A DNA stretch of 64,000 nucleotides from Chrysomallon squamiferum (GCA_012295275.1 CM022673.1:27404001-27468000); one strand, 5' to 3'. Positions 39,401 through 54,157 are shown, counted from the first letter of the stretch. Numbers and translations are program-made. Notes: generated by a model from the letters alone, not told the origin.

Positions 39401-41396
39401 CTTAATTTTGAACATGATTGTCATTGTTGTGGCTAGAAATTATGATATGATTCTGAAATTATAAAAACTACACAAGGATTTTATAATGACCATGCTAATA
39501 AAATTTCAACTGATAAGTTGACAACTGTCTTATTGCCATTTTAATAATTTCAAATCATTTAAATATTTTTACAAATTCTTCTTTTTCTTCTTTATTTTTT
39601 TTTTTTAAATTATTGATTACAGATTTTTTTTTAAATTATTATTGTTATTTATTAAGAAAAACAAAACAAAAAACAAAAACAATTCAGTTGCTTAAACATT
39701 TTTATCTATAAATTAAACTAGTGATAATTTTTTTACAACTAAAAAAAATATACTCACCACCTTTTCTAGGTAAAAGAATACCAAGAGGTGACTTGTGAAT
39801 GTATTTTCCAACACCACTAATAGAACTAGAATTGAAAGGTAACATGTTAAAAAAAAACAAAAAAACGAATACTGGTATTTAATTTAATATATAGTTTTAT
39901 TAATAATGAATATAAACCGAATAATATAATTTTAAAATTTCGTATTTCACAAAAAATGAAACAAAAATAGTTCATTATAGATGTATAGAATATACCAGAC
40001 TTTTGTAAATATTAAATAAGATGTTACAAATATTGCAAGGCCTACACAGCAACACAGGAAGATGCAAAATACAGTTAGTCTTGTTCTAGAATATATTTTA
40101 CTTAGCAACAGAGACTTTCTGAAATATTAGCGAGTAAGAAATAAATGCAGTTTCTACCTTTGTAACTGTGCTAGCTGATTGAGGTCTTTTTCCAGTGACT
40201 GTAAAGCAAAGAATGCTTTTGTTTTCAATTTCCTGCCAAAAAAATAAAATAAAATATAAATATATATATATATATATATATAATAATAATAAACGAAAAT
40301 TTTACGATATCCACAATTCTATACAAAAATTTTATTGAACGATTACAAAATTAAAAAAATCAATACTCCCACTAAAACAAAGTGTGTTTTTGTCAGATTT
40401 GTTCTTACAATTTTATTTTGCAGAAAGAAATGTGAAAGTATATTATTGAGCAATTTCAATAAAATGTAGATTAAATCAAATGTAAACGAGAAATGATGCC
40501 AGTGTCAAATTAAACTTACTTATCACCGTTAATTTGATAAATATGCTGGAGACCCTCAAGATGAGCAATAAAACCAGAAAAATCCCCACGTCTGAAAACA
40601 ACAACAGCAGCAACAACAACATTAAAAATAGATAAATAAAAATAAAATACAATAAAACATTAAAAATAGATAAAAATAAAATAAAATATAATAAACCATT
40701 AAAAATAGATAAATAATAATAAAATAAAATAAAACATTAAAAACAGATAAATAAAAATAAAATAAAATAAACACATATTAAAACGTCAAAAAAACACTTC
40801 AAAGACTGTGCAACAAGCTGGAAGTTTTATTTAATAACACATTTAAAATATTTTTAGGCTGCCATTTTAACAATATGAACTGGGCAGGTAACAGACTGAC
40901 ACTGAATGACAGGGTGTATTTTCTTAATGATTAATCCAACAGTGGGAGGTGATTTTTATGGCCACTGTAAAATCAGTTATGATGTGGAATGGGAAAAAGA
41001 TATATAAAGGCTATTGAGTACACTGTGAAGAACTGACTTCAGCAATAGTTAAATAAGAATTAATTAAACTTTAATACTGTGACAGAAGAAAATAATACTT
41101 TCTGTTTAATATATTACCATATATAATAATAATAATAATAATAAATTTCCTGATTTACTGATGTTTTCTTGATTCACAAAGTAATAAAAAGAACATATTT
41201 CAGTTTGGAAAAAATTAACAATAATAAAATAAATAAATAATTTACTCACATCAATACATCAGTTAGTTCAGTGCAGCTCTGAAAAAAAAATGTTTTTAAA
41301 TAATGAAGCATTTTTAAAAATATTTTATTAAAGAAAATACACTGCATCTTAATAAAGTGATAGTTTGCTACTTCCAACCACATTTTCACTCTCTCT

Positions 41397-41447
<51 letters not shown>

Positions 41448-42000
41448 TATTTGATTTTGTTGAATTTTCATTGAAAAATAATATTGACATTTTCATTATT
41501 GTAATACATAAATAGATATACACATATATGTATACACACACACACACACACACACATACACATACACATAAGTATACACACACAAATAAACGCATATATT
41601 TTATAACATAAATGAAATCTGACATTTCATACCATGTGTCATTTCTTTATTTAACATCTTTCAGAGACTAATAATGCAACCCCTTAGTAATCATTCATTC
41701 ATTCAGTATTATTATTATTATTATTATTATTAAAGCTTACTGTTGAATTATTTTTAAACTGTATTTATTAAGTTTATTATCACAACAAGACAGTTTTACT
41801 GACATATTCTGATACATTGTCAAAAATGATATAACGTTAATAGCAGAAGATTCATCAAGGCATTATCTCTCCATTTAACTAACTCTGCCTGTCTCTGTTT
41901 GTCTCTCTTGCTAACTAAAACTGAGTCAACATAAAAAGACACTACCATGCTCTGTAGACATTTGTGCCTTCTTTAATAGCTCTTCGTTTGTTCTTCCCCC

Positions 42001-42069
<69 letters not shown>

Positions 42070-42814
42070 CTTATGCTTTTCATTTTCTCTAATTTTTTTT
42101 TCACACTTATTTTCTCTCTCGTCTTAAAAAATTAAAAATAAAACATATGCTCCCAGAGTTTAGCTTACCACAGCATCGCTACCATGGACAATTTTGACAT
42201 CCTTAACAGCTCCTCCTTTGTCAAAGGAGATGCAGAGGTGGAACATTTCGGCAGTGATGAGGACATTCTGTTCAGGACCTGCCTGGGTACTGCATTCCAA
42301 TCCTAACTGTCGAGCTATCATCTCCAGCCTCTCGACCAAAGACTGCTGGCTAAGAACTGAAAAATATCAAAATTTAGTTTAGTTTATTATTACCTGCTTC
42401 ATGAAAATAAAATAAGCTGATTATTTACCATTACAATAACTAAATGAATTTTAATTGATCTTTAAAAAAATTAATTTTAATATCTAGCTTATGAGAAGAA
42501 AAAAAAAAAAATAATAATAATAAAATTAAAAAAATAATAAAATAAAATAAAATAAATAAAATAAAATAAAATAAAGTAAAATAAAGTAAAAATAAAAGTA
42601 AAAGTAAAGTAAAGTAAAGTAAAAATAAAAGTAAAGTAAAAGTAAAGTAAAGTAAAGTAAAGTAAAGTAAAGTAAAGTAAAATAAAATAAAATAAAATAA
42701 AACTAAATAGTCCTTTAAAATAATTAAAGAGGTTTTAAATAAAAGTAGAGAAATTTTTACTAATAAATGATAATGAAACAAAATATATAATTTCCATAAT
42801 TACTTTATGATGTA

Positions 42815-42857
<43 letters not shown>

Positions 42858-44421
42858 CATGGTTCTAAAAAAAAAAAAAAAAAAATTAAAAAAATTAAAT
42901 AATAAAAATAAAAATAAAAATAAATATATAAAATATTCAATTTGCAGGGAAAAAAATGAAAATAATAATAATAATTTTGTAAGCATATGTTGTTGGGTAT
43001 AAAAAAAAAAATTTAACTAGTTGCTGTCCATAATAACTTTTGTGTGTGAAATATTGTTCATTACCGAAAATTTAATGTGAAAGTAACTGATATTGCGAAT
43101 TCAATTATCAGCCAATTTATTTCTGAATTAATTTGAGAAAAATAATCAATTTTACTACAGAAAAACAATCTGAAAGTAAGGAAAGGAGTTTGATAAACAT
43201 AAATCATTATCATTGAAATCAAAGCTCTGTTAAGAATTATTTTAGTTTATTATATGTGACCTAATGTACAAAACATATGGAATAATTATTACTGCATAAT
43301 CACAATGAGATTAAAGAAAAATTATTAAATTAAATTGATATTTTTTCATGTTGCTATAGAACATTAAATTATAAAGTGTCATAAACAGCCGATATCTGAA
43401 ATAAAAATTAATGTATATGTCAAAAAGAATAAAAAGAGAAAGAAATAGGAATGTTTAATACATTTCTGTCTGAATTCACTACAGTAAATCATGTTATATT
43501 AACAAACACAGGTGGATCAATAAACAGAACTGAAACAGAAAGAAAAATTATCATTAAAAAAAAAAAAGAAGAAAAAAATTGTAAATTTAAAAAATAAAAC
43601 AAATTAAAATAATAAAAAAAATATTTTTATTGTTGTATAATGTTAAATATGTCACAATAAACTGTGACATAAACTGTAAACAAACGGTATCGTATTGCAT
43701 CAGTTAACTGATAACATTCACCAAGACCCTTCAGTCTAACATTTAACCTTATAATTTATAATAGGGTTTCTTTGATCACGTAGATTTATAAGATAACATT
43801 ACACTGTTAATAGCAAAACACTGAATGAATAACACACACACACACACACACACAAAAAAAACCCTGCAATCTTTAATTCATAGTTTAGGAATAGATATTT
43901 TACTTGCTTTAAAAATGATTTAAATGCATTATTATTTTTGAAATCATCATTTATATGTACTATTTTAAAATATTATTAAAATTTATTATTATTTCATAAC
44001 ATTGCTTAAAAAATTTAAAATATTTTAAAACTTATTATTATTTAAAACATCACTTAAACATACTACTTTCAAATACTATTTAAATTTATTATTATTGTAG
44101 ATTGTTTAAATGTATTATAATTTTAAAACTTTGTTTAAATACATTATTACATTATTTAAAAATTTTAATTTCAAAAATTAAATTCAGTGAACTTGCCTTT
44201 CATTGCCTTCTGAAGGGACTCTAAACAACGCTGCAAACTTTGTTTATCAACAGCATCAGGAACATGCCACTTGTCCTAAAAATAAACAAATAAATTTGAA
44301 AAAACAACAAGAAGTAATCACCACGAACAAGCAAGAAACAATCAACATGTTAAAACAACAAAGTATATGTGTGTATGTATGCCAGCATGTATGTACGCAT
44401 GTATATATGTTTACACAAACA

Positions 44422-44457
<36 letters not shown>

Positions 44458-47400
44458 GTAAAACATAAATCAATTATTTTTATAGAAAAACAATGAATGT
44501 AATGTTACATTAGTGAAGAAAAGAGTAAATAACTTTTGTTATTTTTCAAAAACTGAATGACCTTTCTGTAAAATGTTTAGTAATCAAATGCAATCAAGGT
44601 AAACAATACAAAATTAAATAATATTTTATGCATGACATATAATATCAATGAATTTGTGCTTTCAGATTTAACAATAATGGAATTATAATATCCACTGCCA
44701 GTACTAAAAGAAGGTTATTTAATGCTAAAAGAAGGTGATAAATGACTAATAAAAATTAGATTTAATAACAGAAATTGAAATTGTTTTAAATGTATATATC
44801 ACCTTTTAAAAATCAATAAGAATCACCTCAACAAGTTTACAGTATAAAATGATTACAAGGGTTTCAGTAAGAAGTACTAAAAATAGAATTATTTGTACCT
44901 TAAAATATATGTATGGATACCTATATCCTCAAAACTGAATACAAACATTTCCAAATTTAAAACAAAACAAAAACAAAAAAAAGTTACAATCAACTTTTAA
45001 GTACAAAAGCTTAGGGAAAACATCATTATATGGTGTAACTTAACAAAAATGAAATATGGAAACATATGCTAAATATGCAGAAGGGAAAAAAAATATATCA
45101 GTTATAAAACAGGGAATGTGTGGTTTGCTGTGCTCATAATCTTAAGCTCGGAGAGAAAAAAAAACAACAAAAAAAAATGAAACAATTCTGTTTCTAAACC
45201 ACATCTGTTCATCAGTCAAAAATGAATTAAGTTGTTGAGATTAACACACAATGTAAGTATTAATGTGTGTCATATGAACATCTTTTAATAACTACCATTT
45301 TAACATCAAAACATAGCAGAATGAAACAGTTGCTGAATACATACTCATTATTGTTACACTAAGGTAACAAAAATGTCGTACTCAAATACATTTACAAATT
45401 GTTCAGTATTACTTAATTAGTTTTGGTTCAGCGTAACACTGAAATGGATAGTAAAATATATTTATTCTTAATTATCTCCTGAAAAAATCTCTCTTCTTAT
45501 TATCAAATATCAAAGCAAGCTGTTTGACTTTCTATTACATTGTTAATTAGTCATGACTGGAATAATAGGCCTATTAACATTTTGCTTTTAATATTTGTTT
45601 ATGTAGTGTTATTTTACTTGTAATGCAAAATAACCAGTGAAACAAGAAATAAGTCATGAAGTTCAAATACATATTTAAAATCAATTGAATCCCAGTATTT
45701 AGAAAAGAACATCAAGCATGAAGTACATAACAAGTTCAGTCCTAAATCAAAATAACATTGTCAGCTGTTCACAGAAATGTCAAAGGAAATTAAAATTAAT
45801 TCTAATCAACCATTAATATTAATAATATAGAAAAAAAAAAAAAAAAAAAACGTTTTAATAAAATGTTCTTCTCCCATTTTTTCTTTCTTTTTGGGGTTGA
45901 ATTTTATTTAAAAGATTGCTAAACAAAAGATTTACTTTTTAAATTTAATAAACGAAATACAAGATAATTTACTGGGCAAGGATGGTACTTAATGATTTTC
46001 TGGAACAATAGGTTAAGTAATTAAGTTTAATGGATAGCAAATGATAACACTATGAATTCTAAATGCAGTCTGTTCAATTTATCTCTTATCATTGCCATGG
46101 GAACAAAGATAAACAACAGGGATTTTTAAGAAGTGAATTTTCAGCCACAAACTTAATCACAGAGAAACAGTTTCTGGCAGAAGTGTACACTGTGTAAATG
46201 AAGACAATGCTGTACAGAGATTATTATCATCATCATCATTACTTTAAGTCATACATTCTGTGTCCTTTTAGCCAATTCACCTTTATAAAGTGAGGACTAT
46301 GAAAAATATTACCAAAATCTCTCAGTATAATGTCACAAGACACTAATGTGTATGTGTGCCAAGTTTTATTATTAAGAATCAAACAGCCAGCTCTTGAGAA
46401 AGTTTGATTTCAGCGTTGCATTCAGAAAGAAAAACATGAAACATGAGGAAACACAAAAATAAGAAGAGAAATATGTTTAGACTGTGCTATTTGTTTCTCA
46501 GTGTTGCTTGAAAATTCTGGACTCTTGGCCAGTCACCCAGCAACAGGTACCCAGTCACATGTTTTACGTTTAGACTGTTCAAGTGTTACTGTCCAAAACA
46601 AAATGTTCTGATATCAAAGGTATCGAAGCAAACAAAGATGAAGGTGCTGACATGCAGTTGGATTCAATGTCCATTCTTGTCACAGTGCTGCTTTGCTTAC
46701 TTGCTTTCCACTACATTGCATATGTTAGATGTTTCCTAGTGAACACTTGTTTTCAAGTACTATTTTCTGTGGAGATTTCTTCAGATGGGCCATTTTTTCT
46801 GCTACTGATGCAGAATCGCCATTTTTAGAGATGCTGGAGTTGGTTGACCCAATATGGCAAATTGGGTAAGTGATTTACACTTCCCACTGTATAAATGACC
46901 ATTCTTTTGAATGGTAGGTTTAGACAATGAGCTATTATCAGAATGCAAGTTGGTTTTCCATAACAAAACTTTCCAAAATAGTACAGGGGAAGAAATCTAG
47001 ATCAGTTCTCTATCCGATATTTCATTGTTCGTGTAAAGAAAATGGCTCCCACCAGGGCCTAAAACTTTACTTTTTCAGAGCACATGAATGCAGATATGAA
47101 TTCGTTGTGTTAGTAAATGCATACTATACTGAATAAAAATGACATTTTTAATGAAATTAGACATGGCCTTGAATGTATATCTGCAATAAACAAAACAAAT
47201 CCACCAATCTGAACCAAATATAGCAGTTTCTGCTGCCACACCTCACCTTTATATACACTTAAAATATAAAATAAAATAATAACAAGTAAAAACTTAAACT
47301 GTATTTAACAGATATGAATTAATACATTTCTAAAGCCAGTTTTGTGGAAGCCAAATAAACATTTTGAATTAATTCATGTATTTTTCACAAAAATTACATT

Positions 47401-47843
47401 TGCTATTTTGGTGACCATTTTTTTTTTTTTACATAAATATGCAAAGGCAGAAGCAGGATGTTTATCATGATTTTGCTGGAGAGTATTTCTAGTTATAGTT
47501 ATGTTTTTCAATGGCTGTTAGCATCGATCTAGTAAAAATAATCAGCAATATGAATGTTTGGGTTTTTCAAAAAATTAAGCATCACTGGTGTATTGTGCAA
47601 ATAACGCAGGCTGGCCAGAGTGGGTTTTCTGGATATCCTTGCACACAACACACACAAATACTTACAGTGTTGATTCCTCGCAATGCCTTGTGGTTTGATT
47701 TCTGTTGCAATGTTCGGCCACGCAGTTTCTCCATAAGACCAGCAAGTCGCAGGCGTCTATCACGATCGCCTGAAGAAAAAGAAGAAATTGAATTACCTTT
47801 GTGTGATAATGCATAGACATTTTATAAACAATGCAACTAATAA

Positions 47844-47904
<61 letters not shown>

Positions 47905-50900
47905 GACGCACACATACATATACATCATGTATACAGACAACAGAAAGACAACATGACCAAAAATGTCAACACTTGTCCTACAGATACACTAGTGTTTATT
48001 ACTGGCATGTAATTTATGCTAATTTTACCTAAACCGAGATAAATTTCCATTTATTTTTTTCTTTTAAAAAAGAGGTTTTAAAATGAACATTTATGCAAAA
48101 TAATTTTCTTGTTAGTGTTATGTTTTTAACCCAAATGGTCATCCTTCAGTGCTTTCCACTTCGTAAATGATATGCTTTATTCAACAACCTCAATTCAGAA
48201 AAAAAGAGAGAGAAAAAAAAAAAAAAAAAAACTTAATAAAAAAAATTAAAAATTAAAACATTATTTACATTTCTATCAGTTCTGTAACTGCTTTCATATA
48301 CAATGAAATATATCCAGTGGTCTGCGTATGAAAAGCAGCTGTTGCCTGCATATTTTTAATATACAGCTCAGTGGTTTACAATCAGGCGTCATTTACATTT
48401 TAAACATTTCTTTCACTAACGCTTCATGCCTGAAAACTCTAAAATCAGATCCACATAATCTGCCAACAACACTACAAGATAAAACAAAACGAACTGATAG
48501 ATTAAAAACCAACCTTTCATCCGTCTGTTTGTGTTTATAATGAGAACTGTTCCTGACCTAGTCTTTCATTTCTGTAATAACTTATTGTACACAGTACAGC
48601 TTGTTACTCTCTCAGTATTAGCTTATTTCGCTGAAGGTTAGAATGGAAAATGCAGTTTAGTCTCTTCTTATGCACATTAATTGACTTGCTGCTTGTTTTT
48701 TTGTTTTTGCTCAGATGCTAACATACTAAAGAAAATATTTGTTGAATAATATTTATTTTAAAAAATGGTTTAGAATTAATTGAAAAGGTTATTCTCAGTG
48801 TGTGACAAGTTGTTTAAATAGGCAGGACAGTTTCACTTTTTATTTGTCTGCATGCAATTGGTTAAAAACTGGACTCTTGTTGTCATAATGAATTTTTTTA
48901 GGATACAAATGACTGTACACTAGTCATTCTAGCTGGTTATTCAAGATATAACAAAAAATATCTTAACTGTTAAACATGATTATGAAGTTTCGTTTTTGTG
49001 TTTATGTTAAATTTATTTTCTTTTAACAAAATAAGCTCATGACAATGAACAACAATACAATGAGGCAAAACAAAATCTGTATTTCTCAGCATCATTCTTT
49101 AAATTAAAACATTATTCCACTGGTTGACTGGCAAAATGAGATGATGAATTTAGGTGATAAATAACTAAATTCTTATTTGAATAATATTTTTGACAATATA
49201 AATTTGTTATTACTATGCTTACTGATTATTATTCCTATTATAATACCAACATTTTATTATTAAATTTGCTCTTTTTGCTAATGTAATCACATTAAAAGCT
49301 GTTCAGTCCAAAAACTGTCTTTATCTTATCTGTGATTATGTAAACATGAAAACATTTACCATAATAATTAATGTTTCAGGTGATGTTAGCATAGACACTA
49401 TGGTACACACGCATATATAAAAATGTATTTGTTTTCTAACTGACATTTATAATGAAAATGAAACATCTATCACAATTATTTTTAATTTAGAGTTGTAGGT
49501 TTTATTAAGTTTTCGTGCAATCAAAAGCTAATGTAAACTAATAAACTAGTTTAAATGCTCCACAAAAATACAATCCAGTAATCATAGACTACAGATTATA
49601 AATCATTTTGACAAAAGTTATCACTTCCCATAATAACACTGTGATAGTTTATACACAGGAAACAGCATAGAATATCAAACAATGTTATATAGTTACCTAC
49701 AAACCTAACAAAAATAATTATTTATGTTCCTTGGTGTTACGTTGGAAGTGTTTTTGTTTTGAGATAGTTGTTATTATTATTATTATTTTTATTTCTTTAA
49801 AGTTATTTATAACAAATTAAATTACAGTCAAAATGAACAAAATAAAAGATTTTATGGAAAACGTAACTATTTAGATAGGCATAAAGTTATGCATAACTAA
49901 TATGGTGCCTCATAAAAAATGAAAAAAAAAAAAATATGTCGTCACCACATATTCATCTATTATTTTTCAATTAGCAAGTGAGATATTTTATATAATCATT
50001 TACCACTCTATGCTGCCATTTATTTGACATTAAAATATGTAAAAATCATGTTCATATCATGCACATGTAATATACATATATGTATTTTTAATTTTTTATC
50101 AAGCCATGTGTAATTGAAGGTATTTGTTTTCAAAAAGTACCAAAAAATAATACATGTACAGTAAATCAAAAACCAAGATAAACTCATACATATTTTGTGT
50201 AAGTGCAGTGAGTTATTTTTTTTTATGCATATCTATAAGTACTATGCACAGCCATATCATTTTCATTGTGTGTAAATATATACATGTGTAAATATAGAAC
50301 AAGACATGTTCCAACTAATCATAGCTATGAAAACATTTCAGTGAACAGAGAACTATGGAATACTATTTACCATTTCAGTTGCTGGTTACTTTAAAGAAGT
50401 TTTTTTTTAAAGTTTTTTTAAATGAATTTTTTTTTTTTTTAACAATGCCATACTGTGTGTATGTGAGATTAAAATAACCTGTCCATAGATACCAAATAAA
50501 AACGTGTCACAAGACAACAAAAACAAAATGCCCACGCTTGTCTTAGTATTTACTTAGTAATGAATACACAATTATGTATGATAAGAACTACAACAGTCTT
50601 GAAAGAGAACAGACTATCGATCAATGGTACAGCTTAGCTGTGCAGCTGTGGGTCACAAGATCAAATCCACAAGAACCTTTTGGTAAAATTAATTATTAGT
50701 AAACCCAGCGCTCCAAGATGATGAAAAAATAAAAATAAAAAAATAATAATAATAATTATGTGACTATTCATAAAAGTCAAGGCAGTCTGTATATAGTATA
50801 GTGGTAGAGCTTATTCTTAAATTCCAGTTAGTTAATCAATGTTTGTGCTATCTGTTGCTGATAAAAAAAAGTAGACAATGTCTGGAAGTTTCAAGCTTCC

Positions 50901-52658
50901 TCTATCATTATCTTTTAAGTCTTTTCCTATATATTACCTTGATAAAAAAAATTATGTTCATCAATGAATAAAACATTACTACTTAATTTAAATGTTTCTG
51001 TTCTCATGCTGTAACAACAAAATGATGCCTAGTAATCATTTTACTTTTTATAACCCCCCAAAAATAATAATAAATAAATAAACATATATATATATATATA
51101 TATACTAAATGCAAAGAAACATTTATTATTTTAATAATTAAAAAAAATTAAAAAATTAAGCAAACCTGTCACTTGCCATTACAGCAAAGCATTAAGCACA
51201 TTTCAGCTTTAGTTTGTACAGATGCTAGCATTTTAAGGCACAAACTAGTCTCTTCTGGTAACATAATTATAAGACACAAATACAACCATTATTATTAAGA
51301 TACAGCTGTTTTTTTCCCAACATCCAAGAGACTTACATATGTAGTATTAAAAAAAAAATTAAAAAAAAAATAAAAAAAAAACTTTGTTAGAATGCTTCTA
51401 GAAAAAAAATGATTTCCCTTTCTAATCAATGGTTTATCAGACTGTACTTTCCTATCACAAGAAAGTGCATGTAAAAGTACCCCTGTTGCTAACAGGAGCA
51501 GATTTGCTCATAATGTGACAAATACATTTTCTCTTTCATCTGGTCCTTAAGCATATGGAGATAATAAATCATCTTCAAATGGCAAAAATATGCAAATGTT
51601 TTTACGTTTATAACATCTGTTTTAACATTTTTGATATTTTGTCATTTTTGGAAAAGTCGAGCACCTACACATAATATTATTTTTGAAATAACTTTTTTGT
51701 AAATATCTTTTAGTAACTTAGTAGAATCTGAGCATTTGCTGAAATTATAATCAGCTGTTCTTTTCCTTATTGCTCAGCAACAGACGTTTCACATAATATA
51801 GAATTACATTTTGTAACTTTTCTCTTTAATTTTAAAATTATGGAATTTTATTTCCATTTCTTTCTCAAAAGTATTTTCTAGAATCTTAAATATTTGTATA
51901 AATTTGTATAGCAATTTACTAAATGCTATCGAAATGGTAATTTATCTACTTATAAATATTTTAATTAAACATGTATATTTAGTTCTAACATAAAAATACA
52001 ATCCAAGCTATATGCAATAAAATTAGTAAGCAACAATCAACTATATTTATTTATATTTAAATAATTAATTTGTCATTAAGCAAATCAATAATTATTTCAG
52101 TTAATTTCTATGATTATGTTATTTCTATTTCATTTTAAAATAGCTGCATTGTTGCTACGAGTTCTGTTGGTACAAACCTGTATATAAAAATGAATTTTCA
52201 AAAGTTCAGATTGAGTAACTGGGTATAAAATAATAAAACTATGCGTTCAGTACGGTACCAAATGACCTGCTTTAACTACCTGCAATTCGTGTTTTGATTT
52301 TACAACAGAGTAAACGGACTACGATGCACAAGAGAAATGTACCATCCTACTATAAATCTAAGTAAAAAGTGATTCACTATAAATGAAGTCAGAGAAAAAT
52401 CAATAAAAGAAATTAAAAACAAAAATCCAATAATATTGACAGTTTCACGAATGGGAAACGAATCCAAAACAAGGTCAATGTCCTTTACACCGCCAGCACC
52501 TTGCCTACGTTCATGTCGCCGGACTGATTTTAGCAATCTAATGTCAGACTGAACTTTCCCTTTTATGCTTTTTACAAGAGATGAAACAATCATTTACCTT
52601 CTGTTCTATGCCTAGTTGGCTCGAAAGAAACAGTGAATAGCCCTGTTGTGGTGGCCAT
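30421..52658 (-). CDS. MED1: Mediator of RNA polymerase II transcription subunit 1, 15 coding exons, one frameshift at about 32622
   Basis: Exons 52658-52598, 47769-47666, 44275-44197 (GC donor), 42356-42169, 41278-41250, 40591-40520, 40232-40158, 39825-39758, 39202-39116, 38742-38631, 38192-38068, 37348-37248, 36698-36506, 36076-35875, 35474-30421. Med1 domain (CLESLQKAMKV..ERLEMIARQLGL; KLKTKAFFALQSLEKDL; KIPFTHPTHVATILNHLRQQLLFN; RCLSIPITLRSI), two NR boxes (NPLLATLL, SPMLSKLL), Ser-rich IDR and conserved terminus IDDDLMDEALIG. ORFs 35395-32618 and 32448-30421 join by a -1 shift. Exon 1 is the least certain. Confidence 0.93.
34016..34162 (-). repeat. 7 x 21-bp coding heptad repeat (xxx[K/R]TPP) in MED1
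   Basis: LRGKTPP LVTRTPP LRVKTPP SGGKTPP VGTKTPP LVTKTPP LSVKTSP. Confidence 0.9.
37770..38040. repeat. (AAAAT)n / poly(A) low-complexity tract, MED1 intron
   Basis: Direct reading; it explains the spurious F/I/L-rich ORF. Confidence 0.9.
40617..40782. repeat. AT-rich minisatellite, about 38-bp unit x4
   Basis: Repeated aacattaaaaatagataaataaaaataaaat... Confidence 0.75.
41403..41582. repeat. (CA)n microsatellite cluster
   Basis: Direct reading. Confidence 0.9.
42007..42066. repeat. (CT)n microsatellite
   Basis: Direct reading. Confidence 0.95.
42530..42700. repeat. Compound (AAAAT)n/(AAAGT)n pentanucleotide repeat
   Basis: AAAGT core flanked by AAAAT units. Confidence 0.9.
50600..50980 (+). 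mobile_element. Highly degenerate tRNA-derived SINE remnant(s)
   Basis: A-box-like tagtatagtggtagagc and B-box-like ggtcacaagatcaaatcc. Body gttgctgataaaaaaaagtagacaatg...cttcctctatcattatc...aataaaacatt resembles a Deu/Nin-domain gastropod SINE as I recall it. Confidence 0.3.
51410..51570 (+). mobile_element. Degenerate SINE body fragment (Deu/Nin-domain-like)
   Basis: gtgcatgtaaaagtacccctgttgctaa ... tggtccttaagcatatg resembles the recalled consensus gtgcatataaaagatcccttgctgctaa ... tggtccttaaccatatg. Not verified by search. Confidence 0.35.
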
Positions 52659-52890
52659 CTTTGATCAAACACCGTGAGCCTTAGTCTTTAAAACATGTCT
52701 TTATCCGTAACATTGCAGATGATAATTTCACATATTGCGTTCTGACATTGCAGTTAAGTAATATGATCGTTTAAAGAAGCCATTGCAAAGTCGATGTATA
52801 TTTCCGATTGGTTATATAAAATCCAGTGTATGTTGAAAACACACTTCTCCAGCCATCGGGGTCACTGGCTGGGTCGCTGTGACGTCATCA
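52650..52890 (-). promoter_or_regulatory. MED1 promoter region: YY1-like site over the start codon, CCAAT box, CRE
   Basis: AAGATGGCC overlapping the ATG at 52658, CCAAT on the minus strand near 52806-52810, perfect TGACGTCA at 52880-52887. Confidence 0.45.
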
Positions 52891-53912
52891 TGCTTTTTGA
52901 TACTACTTTCCAATTTTTTTCCCCCATTTTATAATATTACTGTTGTCATTATAATTGTTATTATAAATGCATTACCTAAACATGTAATTCGTATTCATTT
53001 CACTTTCACTTTATTGTCATACAGTATCGAACATTTGAATAACAAGAGACTACTACTTTAAATGTAGCGTAAATCTGGCGAGGAGTCTATAATTAGAGAT
53101 GAACGAATGTTCGAACAGATATAACCTTGGTTGGGTTGAGTGATAAATATTACAGTAGGAAATAATGTTTCTCGATTATAATTTAAAAACAAATGGAATA
53201 CAAATAAAATTTGCAATATAGGATTTAAAAACTCCATACCCCCCCCCCCAAATATATGGCCGGTGAAATGTTGGCTAAATATCAAAAGAGTATAAATTAG
53301 ACTTTAAAGGTGAATAATTTATTTCATTTAGTTTATGCATTGAGCGTCCACGCGCTCCTGTTTATGAGTTCTTTGTTATGTCTAATTCTCAGTGTGAAAA
53401 TCCATTTTATTACATTATTTATGGATATTCATTTATGTATAAAATTAAGCAAAATTAGAATTATTAACGTACATTGACAACAACAACAACAACAACAAAA
53501 AAAAAAAAAAAAAAAAAATGAAAGAAAAAGTTATCGAGAAATAAAAGAAAATATGATTTATTTTAATAAAACACAATTTGTCAGTATTAAGGATTTTTGG
53601 CGGATTCTATAAATACAGGCAAATACTTTAGGACATGCAACTGCGCTGTTTGGCGCCAAATTCTGCTACGCATCAAGCAGTTCTAACGTGATCACTGAAC
53701 CAGGGCCGGTCTTGGTGACACAGTACTCAAGACATCACTCTTTAGATGACAGCTACTAGAACTGTATCCCGAGGGACACGTAAAACCATCAAATTGTCTC
53801 CTCTGTTACTGCGGCCGCACGTACTCAATTAGTTAAACGCGTCGGATGGCGTTCACACATAGGTAAACTAAACCGCTTTACATACATCGCGTTTGGTTTT
53901 CAAACAGACGGC

Positions 53913-54076
53913 AAAAAAAAAAAAAAAAAAAAAAAATAAATTAAATAAATAAAAAAATAAACAAATAAATAAAAAAATAAGAATAAAAAAATAAAAAATA
54001 ATAAATAATATAAATAAAAAAATAAACAAATAAATAAAAAAATAAGAATAAAAAATAAAAATAATAATAAATAATA

Positions 54077-54115
<39 letters not shown>

Positions 54116-54124
54116 ATATATAAT

Positions 54125-54157
<33 letters not shown>

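Noticed and set aside
52300-52593. 97-aa minus-strand ORF after MED1 exon 1
   Set aside because: It starts inside the intron just after the donor and has no recognisable homology.
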